Shown here in pieces: positions 24,047 through 24,849 of a stretch of DNA of 24,849 nt. Position 1 is the stretch's first letter. Each line of letters starts with the position of its first letter. The notes below the pieces were generated by a model that saw only the letters and a program-made list of their open reading frames with translations, did no database searches and was not told where the DNA came from. Made by a program: the position numbers and the translations under genes. The stretch comes from Myxococcota bacterium (GTDB lineage: Bacteria; Myxococcota_A; UBA796; GCA-2862545). The DNA lies in contig JBCCQY010000142.1 of assembly GCA_039208735.1 (NCBI GenBank), positions 1-24,849 of the forward strand, read 5' to 3'.

Positions 24047-24659
24047 CTACGTCTGAACGGGTGAGGCGCCCTCTGTCGAGGAGGAGCGCAGCCACCAGGC
24101 GTACAACGAAGGCACGACGACCAAGGTGAGGCCCGTCGCAGCGATGAGACCACTGATCATGGACCACGCCAACGGGGGCCACAACGGGCTGCTCGACAAG
24201 GCCAACGGCAACATGCCCGCGAGCGTGGTCGCCGTCGTGAGAAGGATCGGTCGGTAGCGCCGCTGGATGGCGTCGCTAACCGCCTCCTTGATGGAAGCTC
24301 CCTGGTCGCGACGAACCTCGACCACGTCGATCAACACAATCGCGTTGTTCACGACGACACCCGCCAAGGCCACCACGCCCAGTAGCGACATGAAGCCGAA
24401 CGGCTGGCCCGACAAAGCGAGGCCAGGCAGCACGCCCACCACCACGAGCGGCACGGTGGCAAGGACAATCCCTACACGTCGCAAGCTGTCGAAGGCCAGC
24501 AAGAGGAACAACAGCAGCAAGCCAAGGCCAACGGGCAGCGTTTGCAGCAACGCCACATTCGCCTCAGATGAACTTTCGCGCTCTCCCCCCACCACGACCC
24601 GAACGTCGTCGGGGACGGCACGCTGGAGTTCACCGAGGAACTGCGACGACAATGCGGCC
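24047..24659 (-). pseudogene. C-terminal fragment (last TM bundle) of an RND/AcrB-family efflux permease
   Basis: GGERESSSEAN, FDSLRRVGIVLATVPL, PFGFMSLLGVVALAGVVVNNAIVLID, RYRPILLTTATTLAGMLPLA, WPPLAWSMISGL, LTLVVVPSLY. Only ~200 aa of a normally ~1000-aa protein; the upstream sequence is unrelated. Confidence 0.85.
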
Positions 24660-24696
24660 CGGACTGCTTTCTCTCGGACTGCTTTCTCTCGGACTG
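24660..24696. repeat. 15-bp tandem repeat (about 2.5 copies) at a gene-fragment junction
   Basis: CGGACTGCTTTCTCT-CGGACTGCTTTCTCT-CGGACTG read directly. Confidence 0.9.
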
Positions 24697-24849
24697 TGTG
24701 TGAGCCTGCATTTTGTAGCGGCGATAGCTCAGTATCCAGACAATCAGTGCGATCGCTAGCCACAACAGTCGATTCCAAATCAGCAGTCCGCCCAGCGAGG
24801 GCATCAGCGTATTATGCTCAAACACTGTCCAGCTCAGCGTATTAGACTC
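24697..24849 (-). pseudogene. Internal fragment of an ABC-2 permease / M1-aminopeptidase-fusion type membrane protein, entering from the right edge
   Basis: Frame open from the edge: ESNTLSWTVFEHNTLMPSLGGLLIWNRLLWLAIALIVWILSYRRY matches the recalled WT..E.N...P...LL.NRLLWL motif of that family. After the tandem repeat it continues out of frame over AcrB sequence. Confidence 0.6.

Noticed and set aside
24660..24778. TTG 24778 as start of an intact 243-aa AcrB-like protein, or the 15-bp repeat as a CRISPR array
   Set aside because: The first ~40 codons are an off-frame reading of a different gene. The repeat has no spacers and is too short for CRISPR.
24804..24844. 11-bp direct repeat TCAGCGTATTA, 30 bp apart
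   Set aside because: Only two copies, both encoding N-T-L in the permease-like frame at the window edge; not enough to support a separate element.

Overview
GC-rich bacterial accessory region, probably Myxococcota (inferred from very short lipoprotein signal peptides, a TIGR02996/LRR protein and a wHTH-STAND ATPase). I found no RNA genes, CRISPR array or transposase. Left part (1-10.6 kb): an edge gene missed by the ORF track (pseudo-receiver, two winged HTH domains, STAND NTPase), a lipoprotein gluzincin with RTX-type Ca repeats, a TIGR02996/LRR protein, a small membrane protein and two lipoproteins. It also holds the standout gene: a single-pass membrane protein joining a TIR domain (putative catalytic Glu kept) to a glycine-betaine/choline-type (OpuAC/OsmF) substrate-binding domain, a Toll-like-receptor-style layout. 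Middle (10.7-17.1 kb): an AcoR-like sigma54 activator, a clean -24/-12 promoter and an acoA-acoB-free lipoyl domain-lipoate ligase operon with no E2 catalytic domain or E3. It converges on a FeaR/AraC regulator and a Dke1-like diketone-cleaving cupin dioxygenase. Right part: a CheB(degenerate)-CheR fusion, a POTRA-less Omp85 barrel, a frameshifted tail-collar-like gene, LysR and a lipoprotein. It also has two abrupt gene-fragment junctions (methyltransferase/SDR and ABC-permease/AcrB) that point to microhomology deletions or chimeric assembly. All family calls come from motif recognition by eye; no database search was run.
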